Below, piece after piece: positions 55,201-64,000 of a DNA stretch of 64,000 nucleotides. The DNA comes from Pristiophorus japonicus. Lineage: Eukaryota. How positions within the stretch are numbered: the stretch's first letter is position 1; every line of letters starts with the position of its first letter. The notes beneath the pieces are model-generated. The model saw only the letters and a list, made by a program, of their open reading frames with translations. It did not search any database and was not told the origin of the DNA. Made by a program: the position numbers and the translations under genes. Location: positions 360,158,001-360,222,000 of the forward strand of contig NC_091978.1 of the NCBI RefSeq assembly GCF_044704955.1. Direction: 5' to 3'.

Positions 55201-58200
55201 AAGCGCAGGCAGCGGAAAGAGCTTGCGGCAAACCTGTCCCAACCACCTACTAACTTACATAGAAACATAGAAAATAGGTGCAGGAGTTGGCCATTCGGCA
55301 CTTCGAGCCTGCACCGCCATTCAATGAGTTCATGGCTGAACATGCAACTTCAGTACCCCATTCCAGATTTCTCGCCATAGCCCTTGATCCCCCTAGTAGT
55401 AAGGACTACATCTAACTCCTTTTTGAATATATTTAGTGAATTGGCCTCAACTACTTTCTATGGTAGAGAATTCCACAGGTTCACCACTCTCTGGGTGAAG
55501 AAGTTTCTCCTCATCTCGGTCCTAAATGGCTTACCCCTTATCCTTAGACTGTGACCCCTGGTTCTGGACTTCCCCAACATTGGGAACATTCTTCCTGCAT
55601 CTAACCTGTCTAAACCCGTCAGAATTTTAAACGTTTCTATGAGATCCCCTCTCATTCTTCTGAACTCCCCTCTCATTCTTCTGAACAAGCCCAGTTGATC
55701 CAGTCTTTCTTGATATGTCAGTCCCGCCATCCTGGGAATCAGTCTGGTGAACCTTCGCTGCACTCCCTCAATAGCAAGAATGTTCTTCCTCAGGTTAGGA
55801 GACCAAAACTGTATACAATACTCCAGGTGTGGCCTCACCAAGGCCCTGTACAACTGTAGCAACACCTCCCTGCCCCTGTACTCAAATCCCCTTGCTATGA
55901 AGGCCAACATGCCATTTGCTTTCTTAACCGCCTGCTGTACCTGCATGCCAACCTTCAATGACTGATGTACCATGACACCCAGGTCTCGTTGCACCTCCCC
56001 TTTTCCTAATCTGTCACCATTCAGATAATAGTCTGTCTCTCTGTTTTTATCACCAAAGTGGATAACCTCACATTTATCCACATTATACTTCATCTGCCAT
56101 GCATTTGCCCACTCACCTAACCTATCCAAGTCACTCTGCAGCCTCATAGCATCCTCCTCGCAGCTCACACTGCCACCCAACTTAGTGTCATCCGCAAATT
56201 TGGAGATACTACATTTAATCCCCTCGTCTAAATCATTAATGTACAATGTAAACAGCTGGGGCCCCAGCACAGAACCTTGCGGTACCCCACTAGTCACTGC
56301 CTGCCATTCTGAAAAGTACCCATTTACTCCTACTCTTTGCTTTCTGTCTGACAACCAGTTCTCAATCCATGTCAGCACACTACCCCCAATCCCATGTGCA
56401 TTAACTTTGCACATTAATCTCTTGTGTGGGACCTTGTCGAAAGCTTTCTGAAAGTCCAAATATACCACATCAACTGGTTCTCCCTTGTCCACTCTACTGG
56501 AAACATCCTCAAAAAATTCCAGAAGATTTGTCAAGCATGATTTCCCTTTCACAAATCCATGCTGACTTGGACCTATCATGTCACCTCTTTCCAAATGCGC
56601 TGCTATGACATCCTTAATAATTGATTCCATCATTTTACCCACTACCGATGTCAGGCTGACCGGTCTATAATTCCCTGTTTTCTCTCCCTCCTTTTTTAAA
56701 AAGTGGGGTTACATTGGCTACCCTCCACTCTATAGGAACTGATCCAGAGTCTATGGAATGTTGGAAAATGACTGTCAATGCATCCACTATTTCCAAGGCC
56801 ACCTCCTTAAGTACTCTGGGATGCTTAAGGCCCTAGGGATTTATCGGCCTTCAATCCCATCAATTTCCCCAACGCAATTTCCCGCCTAATAAGGATTTCC
56901 CTCAGTTCCTCCTCCTTACTAGACCCTCTGACCCCTTTTATATCCGGAAGGTTGTTTGTGTCCTCCTTAGTGAATACCGAACCAAAGTACTTGTTCAATT
57001 GGTCTGCCATTTCTTTGTTCCCCGTTATGACTTCCCCTGATTCTGACTGCAAGGGACCTACGTTTGTCTTTACTAACCTTTTTCTCTTTACATACCTATC
57101 GAAACTTTTGCAGTCCGTCTTAATGTTCCCTGCAAGCTTCCTCTCGTACTCTATTTTCCCTGCCCTAATCAAACCCTTTGTCCTCCTCTGCTGAGTTCTA
57201 AATTTCTCCCAGTCCCCAGGTTCACTGCTATTTCTGGCCAATTTGTATGCCACTTCCTTGGCTTTAATACTATCCCTGATTTCCCTTGATAGCCACGGTT
57301 GAGCCACCTTCCCTTTTTTATTTTTACGCCAGACAGGGATGTACAATTGTTGTAGTTCATCCATGCGGTCTCTAAATATCTGCCATTGCCCATCCACAGT
57401 CAACCCCTTAAGTATAATTCGCCACTCTATCCTAGACAATTCAGGCCTCATACCTTCAAAGTCACCCTTCTTTAAGTTCTGGACCATGGTCTCTGAATTA
57501 ACTGTTTCATTCTCCATCCTAATGTAGAATTCCACCATATTATGGTCACTCTTCCCCAAGAGGCCTCGCACAATGAGATTGCTAATTAATCCTCTCTCAT
57601 TACACAACACCCAGTCTAAGATGGCCTCCCCCCTAGTTGGTTCCTCGACATATTGGTCTAGAAAACCATCCCTTATGCACTCCAGGAAATCCTCCTCCAC
57701 CGTATTGCTTCCAGTTTGGTTAGCCCAATCTATGTGCACATTAAAGTCACCCATGATAACTGCTGCAGCTTTATTGCATGCACCCCTAATTTCCTGTTTG
57801 ATGCCCTCCCCAACATCACTACTACTGTTTGGAGGTCTGTACACAACTCCCACTAAAGTTTTTTTGCCCTTTGGTGATCTGCAGCTCTACCCATATAGAT
57901 TCCACATCATCCACTTGTTGTCTATTCCCATCTACAGTGTTTATTTCAAAGATATGCATGTTACTAACAATTCAAGCATTGCTTATTTTGCTGTTAGCCC
58001 CACTTGTCCCACTTCAGGCCGAACGGCCTCCTTCTGTGCCGTAAATTTCCAGGATTCAATGAAATTCAAGACTCCAGGTGCAGACTCCAACAGGGGCGTT
58101 CATATCCTTTAAAAACGCGAACAGTAATTTCTACGCTCATTTCGTCTGTCATTGTTCTATTGCTGGGAGTGCAGTTAATTGCAGAGTAGATAACATTGTG

Positions 58201-58634
58201 TTTTTTTGAAAACTAGGAAAGTGCTGGTCAACTTTGAAGTCATCGGCTTTGAACAATCTTGTCCAGATGGTTAAGGCTCTGGTTGTAGTTCTGCTTACAG
58301 GGCTCCAGGGATTGCTTGTAGATCTCCCCATGCTAGAGCATATCATTCCAATTCACCAGGCTTCAAAGTACGTCCTCCATGTTCTAGAACTATTGTACGA
58401 TGTAAGTATCTGAAAAGGCAATTACACCCAAAGCACTTGTATCGTTTTCTTTAGTTTCCTGTATTTCTGCTTTGAGCACCGATGTTAAGATTGTCTCTTT
58501 CACGCCTTTCCTCTCAGGCAAATCTGAAGGCACCTCACAATATCCCACTGAACACATTCTACATCGATGAACTTCCGCTTCTGTTTGATCTCGGTCATGA
58601 CCTCTGGAGATTTAGAAAACTTCAACGGGAAGTG
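12994..58634 (+). CDS. Small HERC-family E3 ligase (HERC5/6-like), multi-exon, 5' part: 14 coding exons, RCC1-like domain plus spacer; HECT domain beyond window
   Basis: Exons 12994-13225, 16461-16620, 19980-20053, 20142-20363, 22332-22423, 24831-24958, 33704-33810, 34929-34993, 38683-38810, 40326-40385, 41788-41893, 49490-49679, 58217-58401 and 58518-58634 splice in frame (1866 nt) with GT-AG ends. RCC1 motifs present. Spacer motifs [22 protein letters not shown] and [12 protein letters not shown] resemble HERC5/6 as I recall them. Confidence 0.9.
13496..13571 (+). promoter_or_regulatory. Intron-1 interferon-response module: ISRE (13496-13508), NF-kB site (13528-13537), degenerate ISRE (13546-13558)
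   Basis: AGTTTCGTTTTCT fits AGTTTCNNTTTCY; GGGGGTTTCC fits GGGRNWYYCC; AGTTTTGATTTCC has one mismatch; a GC-box (CCGCCCCGCCCC) lies near 13357. Confidence 0.7.
13981..15436 (+). repeat. G-rich, CpG-rich minisatellite, 19-20 bp unit TTACGGGTGGGAGCG(GGCG/TGACG/TGGCG), roughly 75 units
   Basis: Direct reading of the tandem units. Confidence 0.97.
16461..16620 (+). CDS. HERC-like gene (+ copy) exon 2
   Basis: ttttacag| ...[29 protein letters not shown]... |gtatga; 160 nt. Confidence 0.93.
16884..17215 (+). mobile_element. CR1 3' end fragment
   Basis: RT C-terminus and 3' UTR ending TTCTTATGTTCTTATG. Confidence 0.8.
17307..17593 (-). mobile_element. Solo LTR with 5-bp TSD TCCAC
   Basis: TCCAC at 17302-17306 and 17594-17598; ends TATTATG...TGTAACA; TTTATT and TTTTATA signals read on the - strand. 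Confidence 0.72.
18450..19120 (+). mobile_element. CR1 LINE 3' fragment (paralogous to 341-1065)
   Basis: [28 protein letters not shown]. Confidence 0.85.
19980..20053 (+). CDS. HERC-like gene exon 3
   Basis: catttgcag| [24 protein letters not shown] |gtaaca; 74 nt. Confidence 0.9.
20142..20363 (+). CDS. HERC-like gene exon 4
   Basis: ctctttag| [18 protein letters not shown]...[34 protein letters not shown] |gtaaga; 222 nt, after an 88-nt intron. Confidence 0.94.
20480..21840 (+). mobile_element. L2 LINE RT fragment interrupted by a TIR-bearing MITE (about 20939-21626)
   Basis: [28 protein letters not shown]; MITE ends GGCCTTGAAATTCCG ... CGGGATTTCAGGGCC. Confidence 0.75.
22332..22423 (+). 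CDS. HERC-like gene exon 5
   Basis: caatag| [30 protein letters not shown] |gtatgt; 92 nt. Confidence 0.92.
22454..22694 (-). mobile_element. Solo LTR family A, copy 1
   Basis: TTGCTTAAGAATTCATAGC...CATACATTACA; repeated at 31197/33457 and 39422/40071. Confidence 0.65.
22755..23210 (+). mobile_element. CR1 3' end fragment
   Basis: CR1 RT C-terminus and 3' UTR. Confidence 0.8.
24045..24507 (+). repeat. 38-bp tandem repeat, about 12 copies (AGTTGCTATAGTGACAGACATGGGATGTCCTAATGTYC)
   Basis: Direct reading; near-identical units. Confidence 0.96.
24831..24958 (+). CDS. HERC-like gene exon 6
   Basis: gttacag| [17 protein letters not shown]...EVSQIACG |gtgagt; 128 nt. Confidence 0.92.
25588..25660 (+). 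repeat. 21-bp tandem repeat (GTGTGGCCCCTTTAACAGGCC), about 3.5 copies
   Basis: Direct reading. Confidence 0.85.
26540..30817 (+). mobile_element. Near-full-length CR1 LINE (ORF1 zinc finger/SGNH esterase; ORF2 APE endonuclease + RT), disrupted, nested in an L2 tail
   Basis: ORF1: [21 protein letters not shown]2: [35 protein letters not shown]. Several frameshifts; (TTCTTATG)n tail; L2 3' sequence on both sides. Confidence 0.93.
31240..33250 (-). mobile_element. CR1 fragment (-) carrying a nested CR1 (+, 31670-32820), inside solo LTR family A copy 2
   Basis: The - CR1 sequence breaks near 31669 and resumes at 32820; LTR halves at 31197-31240 and 33250-33457. Confidence 0.82.
33704..33810 (+). 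CDS. HERC-like gene exon 7
   Basis: tgtttag| [36 protein letters not shown] |gtaatg; 107 nt. Confidence 0.85.
34929..34993 (+). CDS. HERC-like gene exon 8
   Basis: gttacag| [22 protein letters not shown] |gtaagc; 65 nt; the IFAG motif closes the RCC1 propeller. Confidence 0.87.
35215..35660 (+). mobile_element. Deu-domain (SacSINE1-like) SINE body with duplicated L2-type tail
   Basis: GGATGAGACGTT.AACCGAGGCCCC...CATTGGCTGTAAAGCGCTTTG...AAATGCAAGTCTTT. Confidence 0.65.
37962..38592 (-). mobile_element. CR1 3' fragment
   Basis: [18 protein letters not shown]; 3' UTR. Confidence 0.85.
38683..38810 (+). CDS. HERC-like gene exon 9
   Basis: ttttgcag| [42 protein letters not shown] |gtcagc; 128 nt; weak donor but the phase fits exon 10. 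Confidence 0.82.
39422..40071 (-). mobile_element. Solo LTR family A copy 3, containing two tandem Tx1-clade 3' ends (about 39640-40035)
   Basis: LTR ends TGTTGC...GTTACA; the insert encodes [22 protein letters not shown] on the - strand. Confidence 0.68.
40326..40385 (+). CDS. HERC-like gene exon 10
   Basis: gaaag| [19 protein letters not shown] |gtgagt; 60 nt. Confidence 0.87.
40468..40910 (-). mobile_element. tRNA-headed Deu-type SINE, full length
   Basis: Head CTCAGTGGGTAGCAC...GGGTTCAAGTCCC (pol III A/B boxes), conserved body, L2-like tail. Confidence 0.75.
41243..41710 (-). mobile_element. tRNA-headed Deu-type SINE
   Basis: Same family as 40468-40910. Confidence 0.75.
41788..41893 (+). 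CDS. HERC-like gene exon 11
   Basis: cttacag| [36 protein letters not shown] |gtaagt; 106 nt. Confidence 0.88.
42140..44462 (+). mobile_element. CR1/L2-superfamily LINE, degraded ORF2 through 3' UTR, with a nested CR1 3' end (43685-43876, -)
   Basis: [59 protein letters not shown]. Confidence 0.85.
44480..45830 (+). mobile_element. L2 LINE RT fragment interrupted by a SINE (45127-45535, -)
   Basis: [37 protein letters not shown]. Confidence 0.8.
45828..47928 (+). mobile_element. Young 5'-truncated CR1 LINE with an uninterrupted RT reading frame
   Basis: 691-aa ORF without stops covering the whole RT; 3' tail (TTTCTATG)n; inserted in L2. Confidence 0.94.
48245..49163 (+). mobile_element. 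CR1 3' fragment, same subfamily as 45828-47928
   Basis: [15 protein letters not shown] onward, nearly identical. Confidence 0.9.
49490..49679 (+). CDS. HERC-like gene exon 12
   Basis: tttacag| [13 protein letters not shown]...[16 protein letters not shown]...KSTL |gtaaga; 190 nt. Confidence 0.9.
50008..53017 (-). mobile_element. CR1 LINE (APE to 3' end), disrupted, with a nested + CR1 3' end at 51022-51323
   Basis: ORFs at 52457-52867 (YRPP, GDFN, SDH), 51370-51879 and 50043-51050. Confidence 0.9.
53020..53670. mobile_element. MITE-like element related to 20939-21626
   Basis: Shared AAAAGTAGGCTAT and AGCCGGTTTT blocks and AT-rich core; ends ...GTTTTGGCCC. Confidence 0.5.
54290..54750 (-). 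mobile_element. Solo LTR-like element (about 460 bp)
   Basis: Ends TGTTGTGG...CCACTACCA; AATAAA and TATAAA on the - strand. Confidence 0.55.
54760..55247. mobile_element. RTE LINE 3' fragment with an internal inversion (- 54760-54922, + 54923-55247)
   Basis: The RTE tail is on the - strand and the adjacent upstream RTE segment on the + strand. Confidence 0.72.
55257..57912 (-). mobile_element. Young CR1 LINE (APE through RT and 3' UTR)
   Basis: ORFs at 56825-57853 and 55458-56642, nearly identical to 45828-47928. Confidence 0.93.
58217..58401 (+). CDS. HERC-like gene exon 13
   Basis: aactag| [24 protein letters not shown]...VLELLYD |gtaagt; 185 nt. Confidence 0.87.
58518..58634 (+). CDS. 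HERC-like gene exon 14
   Basis: ctctcag| [39 protein letters not shown] |gtaagt; 117 nt; IP..TFYI.EL motif of small HERCs. Confidence 0.88.
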
Positions 58635-59159
58635 GTAAGTTTCCAACTTGTAAGATGCCGGACCTGGTTTACCACGGCTGTAGCGCGCTTGTGCGTTTAG
58701 TTACCGCGGTGCGAAAGACCTGTTTCCTTCTCCTTTCTGCCTGTTTCCGTGACCCTGTTGATATAAGATCGTTGTACAGTCACACTGCCACTTGGCCCAT
58801 TTTGAAGTTTACTATACTGGCAAACGATTTTATCGGTGGGTGGGGGGCGGGGAGGGGATGTAGGATGGCAGGGGACGGGTCTGTTGGATTGAGAGGGGGT
58901 GGTATCGCGAGGGGTAGTGGTTTTGCGAGGGGGAGTGGGGTTTCATTAGTGCTTCATCATGAAGAAAACAACAACAACTTGTGTACCCTCACCACATTTA
59001 AAAAATACTTGGATGTGCACTTAAAATGCCGTAACCTACAGGGCTACGGACCAAGAGCTGTAAAGTGGGATTAGGCTGGATAGCTCTTGGCCGGCCGGCG
59101 TGGACACGTGGGGCCAAAATGGCCTCTTTCTGTGCTGTAAATTTCTATGATTGTATGAA

Positions 59160-60352
59160 ATTTGTCAAATTTGATCTCCCTTTCATAAAACCATGCTGAC
59201 TCTGCTTGACTGTATTATGATTTTCTAAATGTCCTGCTACTACTTCCTTAATAATGGACTCCAGCAGTGGACAGATGTTCTGCTAACTGGTCTATGGTTT
59301 CCTGCTTTGTGTTTTCCTCTTTTCTTAAATAACGGTGTTACATTTGTGGTTTTCTAATCTGCTGGGACCTCTTCAGAATCCAGGGAATTTTGGTAGATTA
59401 CAACCAAACAGCCACCTTTTTAAAGACCCTAGGATGCAGGCCATCAGGGTCAGGGGACTTGTCCACCTTCAGTTCGATTAGTTTGCCTAGTACTTTTTCT
59501 CTAGTAATAGTGATTGTTTTAAGTACCCCTCTCCCAATAGCCCCTTGATTGTCAACTTTTGGGATGCTTTTAGTGTCTTCTAACTGTGAAGACCGATACA
59601 AAATATTTGTTCAAAGTCTCTGTCATTTCTCTGTTTCAATTATTTATTCCCCAGTCTCATCCTCTAAGGGACCAATGTTTACTTTAGCTACTCTCTTCCT
59701 TTTTATATACTTGTAGAAGCTCTTACTGTCTGTTTTTATATTTCTTGCTAATTTATTCTCATAAGCTATCTTCTCTCTCTTTATTTTTTTTTAAGTCGTC
59801 CTTTGCTGGATTCTAAATATGTCCCAATCCTCTGGCCCACCATTAATCTTCGCAACATGGTATGCCTTTGTCTTCAATTTGATATCATCCTTTACTTCCT
59901 TAGATAGCCACAAATAATTCATCCTTCTCTTAGAGTCTTTCTTTCTCACTGAGAGTTATGAAATATCTCCTTAAATGTCTGCCACTGCTCATCTACCACC
60001 TTACCTATTTTCCCAGTCCAATTTAGCCAACTCTGCCTTTATACCTTTGTAATTGCCTTTATTTAAGTTCAGGACACTAGTTTGAGACCTAGCTTTCTCA
60101 CCTTCAAAATGAATTTGAAATTCTACCATGCTATGATCACTCTTCCCAAGAGGATCATTTACCATGAGATCATTAATTAATCCAGTCTCATTACACCCTA
60201 CAAGATCTAAAATAGTCTGCTCCCTGGTTGGTTCCACAACGTATTGTTCTAAGAAACCATCCCGAATACACTCTATGAACTCTTCCTCAAGGCGACCTTT
60301 GCCAATTAGATTTGTCCAGTCAATATGAAGATTAAAATCACCCATGATTATT
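59160..60352 (-). mobile_element. CR1 internal fragment
   Basis: [27 protein letters not shown]. Confidence 0.85.
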
Positions 60353-61960
60353 GCCAGAGATGCTCAGGAGGGCAGAATTAGAGGAGTGCAAACGTCTCGT
60401 GGGGTTGTGAGGCTGAAAGACAATACAGAGACAGGGAGGGGCGAGGCCATGGAGGGATTTGTAAACAAGGATGAGAATTTTGAAATCAAGTCCTTGCTTA
60501 ACCGGGAGCCAATGTGGGTCAGCGAGCACAGGGGCGATGGGTGATCGGGACTTGGTGCGATTTTGGACACGGGATGCCAAGAGTTTTGGATGACCACAAG
60601 TTTACGTAGGGTAGAATGTGGGAGGTCAGCCAGGAGTGCATTGGAATAGTCAAGTCTAGAGGTAACGGAGGAATGGATGAGGGTTTCAGTAGTGGATGAG
60701 CTGAGGCCAGGGTGGAGATGGGAGATGGGTGGAAATAGGCGATTTTAGTTATGCTGCGGCTATGTGGCCGGAAGCTCATTTTGGGGTCAAATATGACACC
60801 TAGGTTGCGAACAGTCTGGTTCAGCCTCAGAGGTGGTGCAGGTGTCAGCATACATGTGGAAATTGACTCCATGTTTTTGGATGATATCGCCGAGGGGCAA
60901 CATGTAGATGAGGAATAAGAGGGGACCAAGGACAGATCCTTGGGGGACACCAGAGGTAACGATGTGGGAGTGGGAAGAGAAGCCATTGAAGGTGATTCTC
61001 TGGCTACGATTAGATAGATAAGAATGGAACCAGGCGAGTGCAGTCCCACCCAGCTGGACGATGTTGGAGCGGCGTTGGAGGAGGATGGAGTGGTCAGCCG
61101 TGTCAAAGGCTGCAGACAGGTCGAGGAGGACGAGGAGGGATAGTTTGCCTTTGTCACAGTCACAAAGGATGTCATTTGTGACTTTGATGAGAGCTGTTTC
61201 GGTACTGTGGCAGGGGTGGAAACCAGATTGAAAGGATTCAAACACGGAGTTCCGGGAAAGATTGTCACGGATTTGGGAGGCGGTTTGGGAGTTTGGAGAG
61301 GAAAGGGAGGTTGGAGATGGGGCGATAGCTAGCAAGCACAGTAGGGTCAAGGTTGTTTTCTTGAGGAGACGAGGTGATGACCGCAGATTTGAAGGCGAGG
61401 GGACAGTACCTGAGGAGAGAGAACCGTTACCAATGTCGGCTGACGTGGGAGCCAAAAAAGGAAGTTGGGTGGTCAGCAGTTGGGAATAGGATCAAGAGAG
61501 CAGGAAGTGTGTCTCATGGACAAGCTGAGTGTAGAGAGGTCAAGAGGGGAGATCAAAGAGAAACTGGAGAAAGATGGGAGTTTAGGGCTAGGGCAGGGGG
61601 CAACCTCAGATGAAGTTTGGCCTGGTGGGCTAGGGGAAGGAAGGGAACTGGCAGAGGCAGTTGATTGGATGGTCTCAATCTTTGAGACAAAGACTTCCTT
61701 GAGCTCCTCACACTTGTTGTTGGAGATGAGTGTGGTGGAGACAGAGGAGTGGGTTTAAGAAGACAGTTAGCAGTAGAGAATAGTAGCCTGCTGTTATGGT
61801 TGCATTCCAGAATGATCCTGGAATAGTGAACAGTTTTGGCAAACAAGAGTAGGACCCGATAATACTTTTTGCGGCCCAGCCAGATCTGGCGGTGAATGGC
61901 TAAAGCAGTTGTCCGCCACATCCATTCAAATCTGTGCCCCTTGGACTTGAGGGAGCGAAG
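60353..61960 (-). mobile_element. L2 LINE RT fragment
   Basis: [50 protein letters not shown]. Confidence 0.9.
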
Positions 61961-61964
61961 ATGC

Positions 61965-62580
61965 CAATGGATAGTCAACAGGCTATGGAGGGGAGGGACT
62001 TGACACAATCACGACCACTAAGGAGATGGTACTCAGTAAGATAATGGGACTAAAGGCAGATAAATCTCCTGGACCCGATGGCTTGCATCCTAGAGTCTTA
62101 AGAGAAATAGCGGCAGGGATTGTGGATGCATTGGTTGTAATTTACCAAAATTCCCTGGATTCTGGGGCGGTCCCAGCAGATTGAAAAGCTCCAAATGTAA
62201 CACCCCTATTTAAAAAAGGAGGCAGACAAAAAGCAGGAAACTATAGACCACATAGCCTAACATCTGTGGTTGGGAAAATGTTGGAGTCCATTATTAAAGA
62301 AGCAGTAGCAGGACATTTGAAAAAGCAAAATTCAGTCAGGTAGAGTCAGCATGGATCTATGTTTGACAAATTTGCTGGAGTTCTTTGAGGATGTAATGAG
62401 CAGGTTGGATGAAGCGGAACCAGTGGATGTGATGTATTTGGACTTCCAGAAGGCATTTGACAAGGTGCCACATAAAAGATTACTGCACAAGATAAATTTT
62501 CACGGGGTTGGGGGTAATATATTAGAATGGATAGAGGACTGGCTAACTAGCAGAAAACAGTGAGTCGGTATAAATGGTTC
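61965..62580 (+). mobile_element. CR1 RT fragment, cut by the Gypsy insertion
   Basis: [25 protein letters not shown]. Confidence 0.85.
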
Positions 62581-64000
62581 TGATACGTCCTTACCATACA
62601 GTACAAATGCACACGAGGCCCATACTTGAGAGAAGGTCACTCTGTGACTAGTAACCTTTATTCGCCAGCACTGAAGTGATGAAGGTGGGTGGAGCTTCCC
62701 CTTTTATACCTGAAAGACCAGGTTAGGAGTGTCTCCCACAAGTTCACCACCTAGTGGTCAATGTTCTCAGTGTACAATGGGTCAGTTTATACATGGGTTA
62801 CAATGACAGTTAAATACATGACATCACGTTTCCCCCCCCCCCCCCCCACCCCCAAAGTCTTATTGGGAGCACAGGTTTAGTCTCTCTGGTGGTTTACGCT
62901 CCCTTGTAGAGCGCCTGAGTTGGGGCTCCGGCTGGCCTGAGTGTCTGCTGTTTGCGGTGCCTCAGGCCTGTCCGGACTGCCCACAGTGACTGGGCTCTCC
63001 TCCTCTTAGTTCCGGTGTTCGGACACCTGTGGTGGAGTGAACTCTACATTGTGTTCTTCCTCTGCTTCTTCTATGGGGTTGCTGAACCTCCTTTTTGTTT
63101 GAGCCACGTGTTTGCGGCAGATTTGTCCATTGGTAAGTTTAACTAACAGAATCCTATTCCCCTCTTTGGCAATCACAGTGCCTGCATGTCATTTAGGCCC
63201 TGCAGCGTAGTTGAGAACAAAGACAGGGTCATTTACATCAATACATTGCGCCCTCGCATTCCTGTCGTGGCAGTCACATTGTGACTGGCGCCTGCTCTCA
63301 ACAATTTCTTTCATGGTGGGGTGTATAAGGGATAACCTGGTTTTGAGCGTCCTTTTCATTAGCAGCTCTGCGGGTGGGACCCCTGTGAGCGAGTGTGGGC
63401 GGGATCTATTGGCCAACAGGAGGCGTGATAAGCGGCTTTCTATGGAACCCCCTTGGATTCTGAGCATCCCCTGTTTGATTACCTGCACTGCTCGTTCTGC
63501 CTGGCCGTTTGAGGCCGGCTTGAACGGTGCCATTCTGATATGGTTGATCCATTTCCTGCCATGAAGACCTGGAATTCAATGCTTATAAAACATGGGCTAT
63601 TGTCGCTGACCAAGATGTCCGGTAGACCGTGGGCGGCGAATATTGCCCGTAGACTTTCTATTGTGGCAGAGGATGTACTTGAATTTAAAATGGCACACTC
63701 AATCCATTTGGAGTAGGCGTCTACTACAACCAAAAACATTTTTCCTATGAAAGGACCTGCGTAGTCCACATGGACGCGTGACTATGGCTTGGCGGGCCAG
63801 GACCAGGGGCTAAGGGGGGCTTCCCTGGGTGCATTGCCCAGCTGGGCGCACGTGTTGCACCTGCGAACACAAAGTTCCAGGTCTGCATCTATCCCTGGCC
63901 ACCAAACGTGTGACCTGGCAATTGCCTTCATCATGACAATACCCGGGTGCTCATTGTGGAGTTCTCTGATGAACATCGCTCTGCCCATCTGGGGCATGAC
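62581..64000 (-). mobile_element. Gypsy/Ty3 LTR retrotransposon 3' part: integrase (frameshifted), polypurine tract, 3' LTR 62581-62826
   Basis: HHCC motif (LHNEHPG...RCNTC), DYAGPF, VVDAYSKW, VSDN, SNGQAER; G-run PPT at about 62830-62853; LTR ends TGAT...ATCA. Confidence 0.9.

Noticed and set aside
62578-62592. U2 snRNA-like CTGATACGTCCT
   Set aside because: It is a short chance match at the Gypsy LTR terminus.

Overview
Vertebrate genomic DNA, most likely a shark or other cartilaginous fish, judged from its CR1, L2, RTE, Tx1 and Deu-type SINE repeat content. The + strand carries the first 14 coding exons (12994-58634, 1866 nt, 622 codons, all GT-AG and phase-consistent) of a small-HERC E3 ligase. 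These encode the RCC1-like domain and the spacer region. The protein reads most like HERC5/6, and the HECT exons lie beyond the right edge. A head-to-head inverted paralog lies on the - strand (exon 1 at 7776-8001, exon 2 at 3740-3899), and its intron homology continues to about position 370. Both copies carry an intron-1 ISRE/NF-kB module, suggesting a duplicated interferon-inducible pair. The copies differ by a 2-aa deletion in an RCC1 motif, a new AG|GTAAGT site in exon 2, a rearranged ISRE and a 1.45-kb G-rich minisatellite. The remainder is dense, often nested transposon sequence, including a near-full-length CR1, young inverted CR1 pairs around exon 12, solo LTRs, apparently site-specific Tx1 ends, and the 3' end of a Gypsy element at the right edge. 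Identity values and family assignments were made by eye and from memory, not computed.
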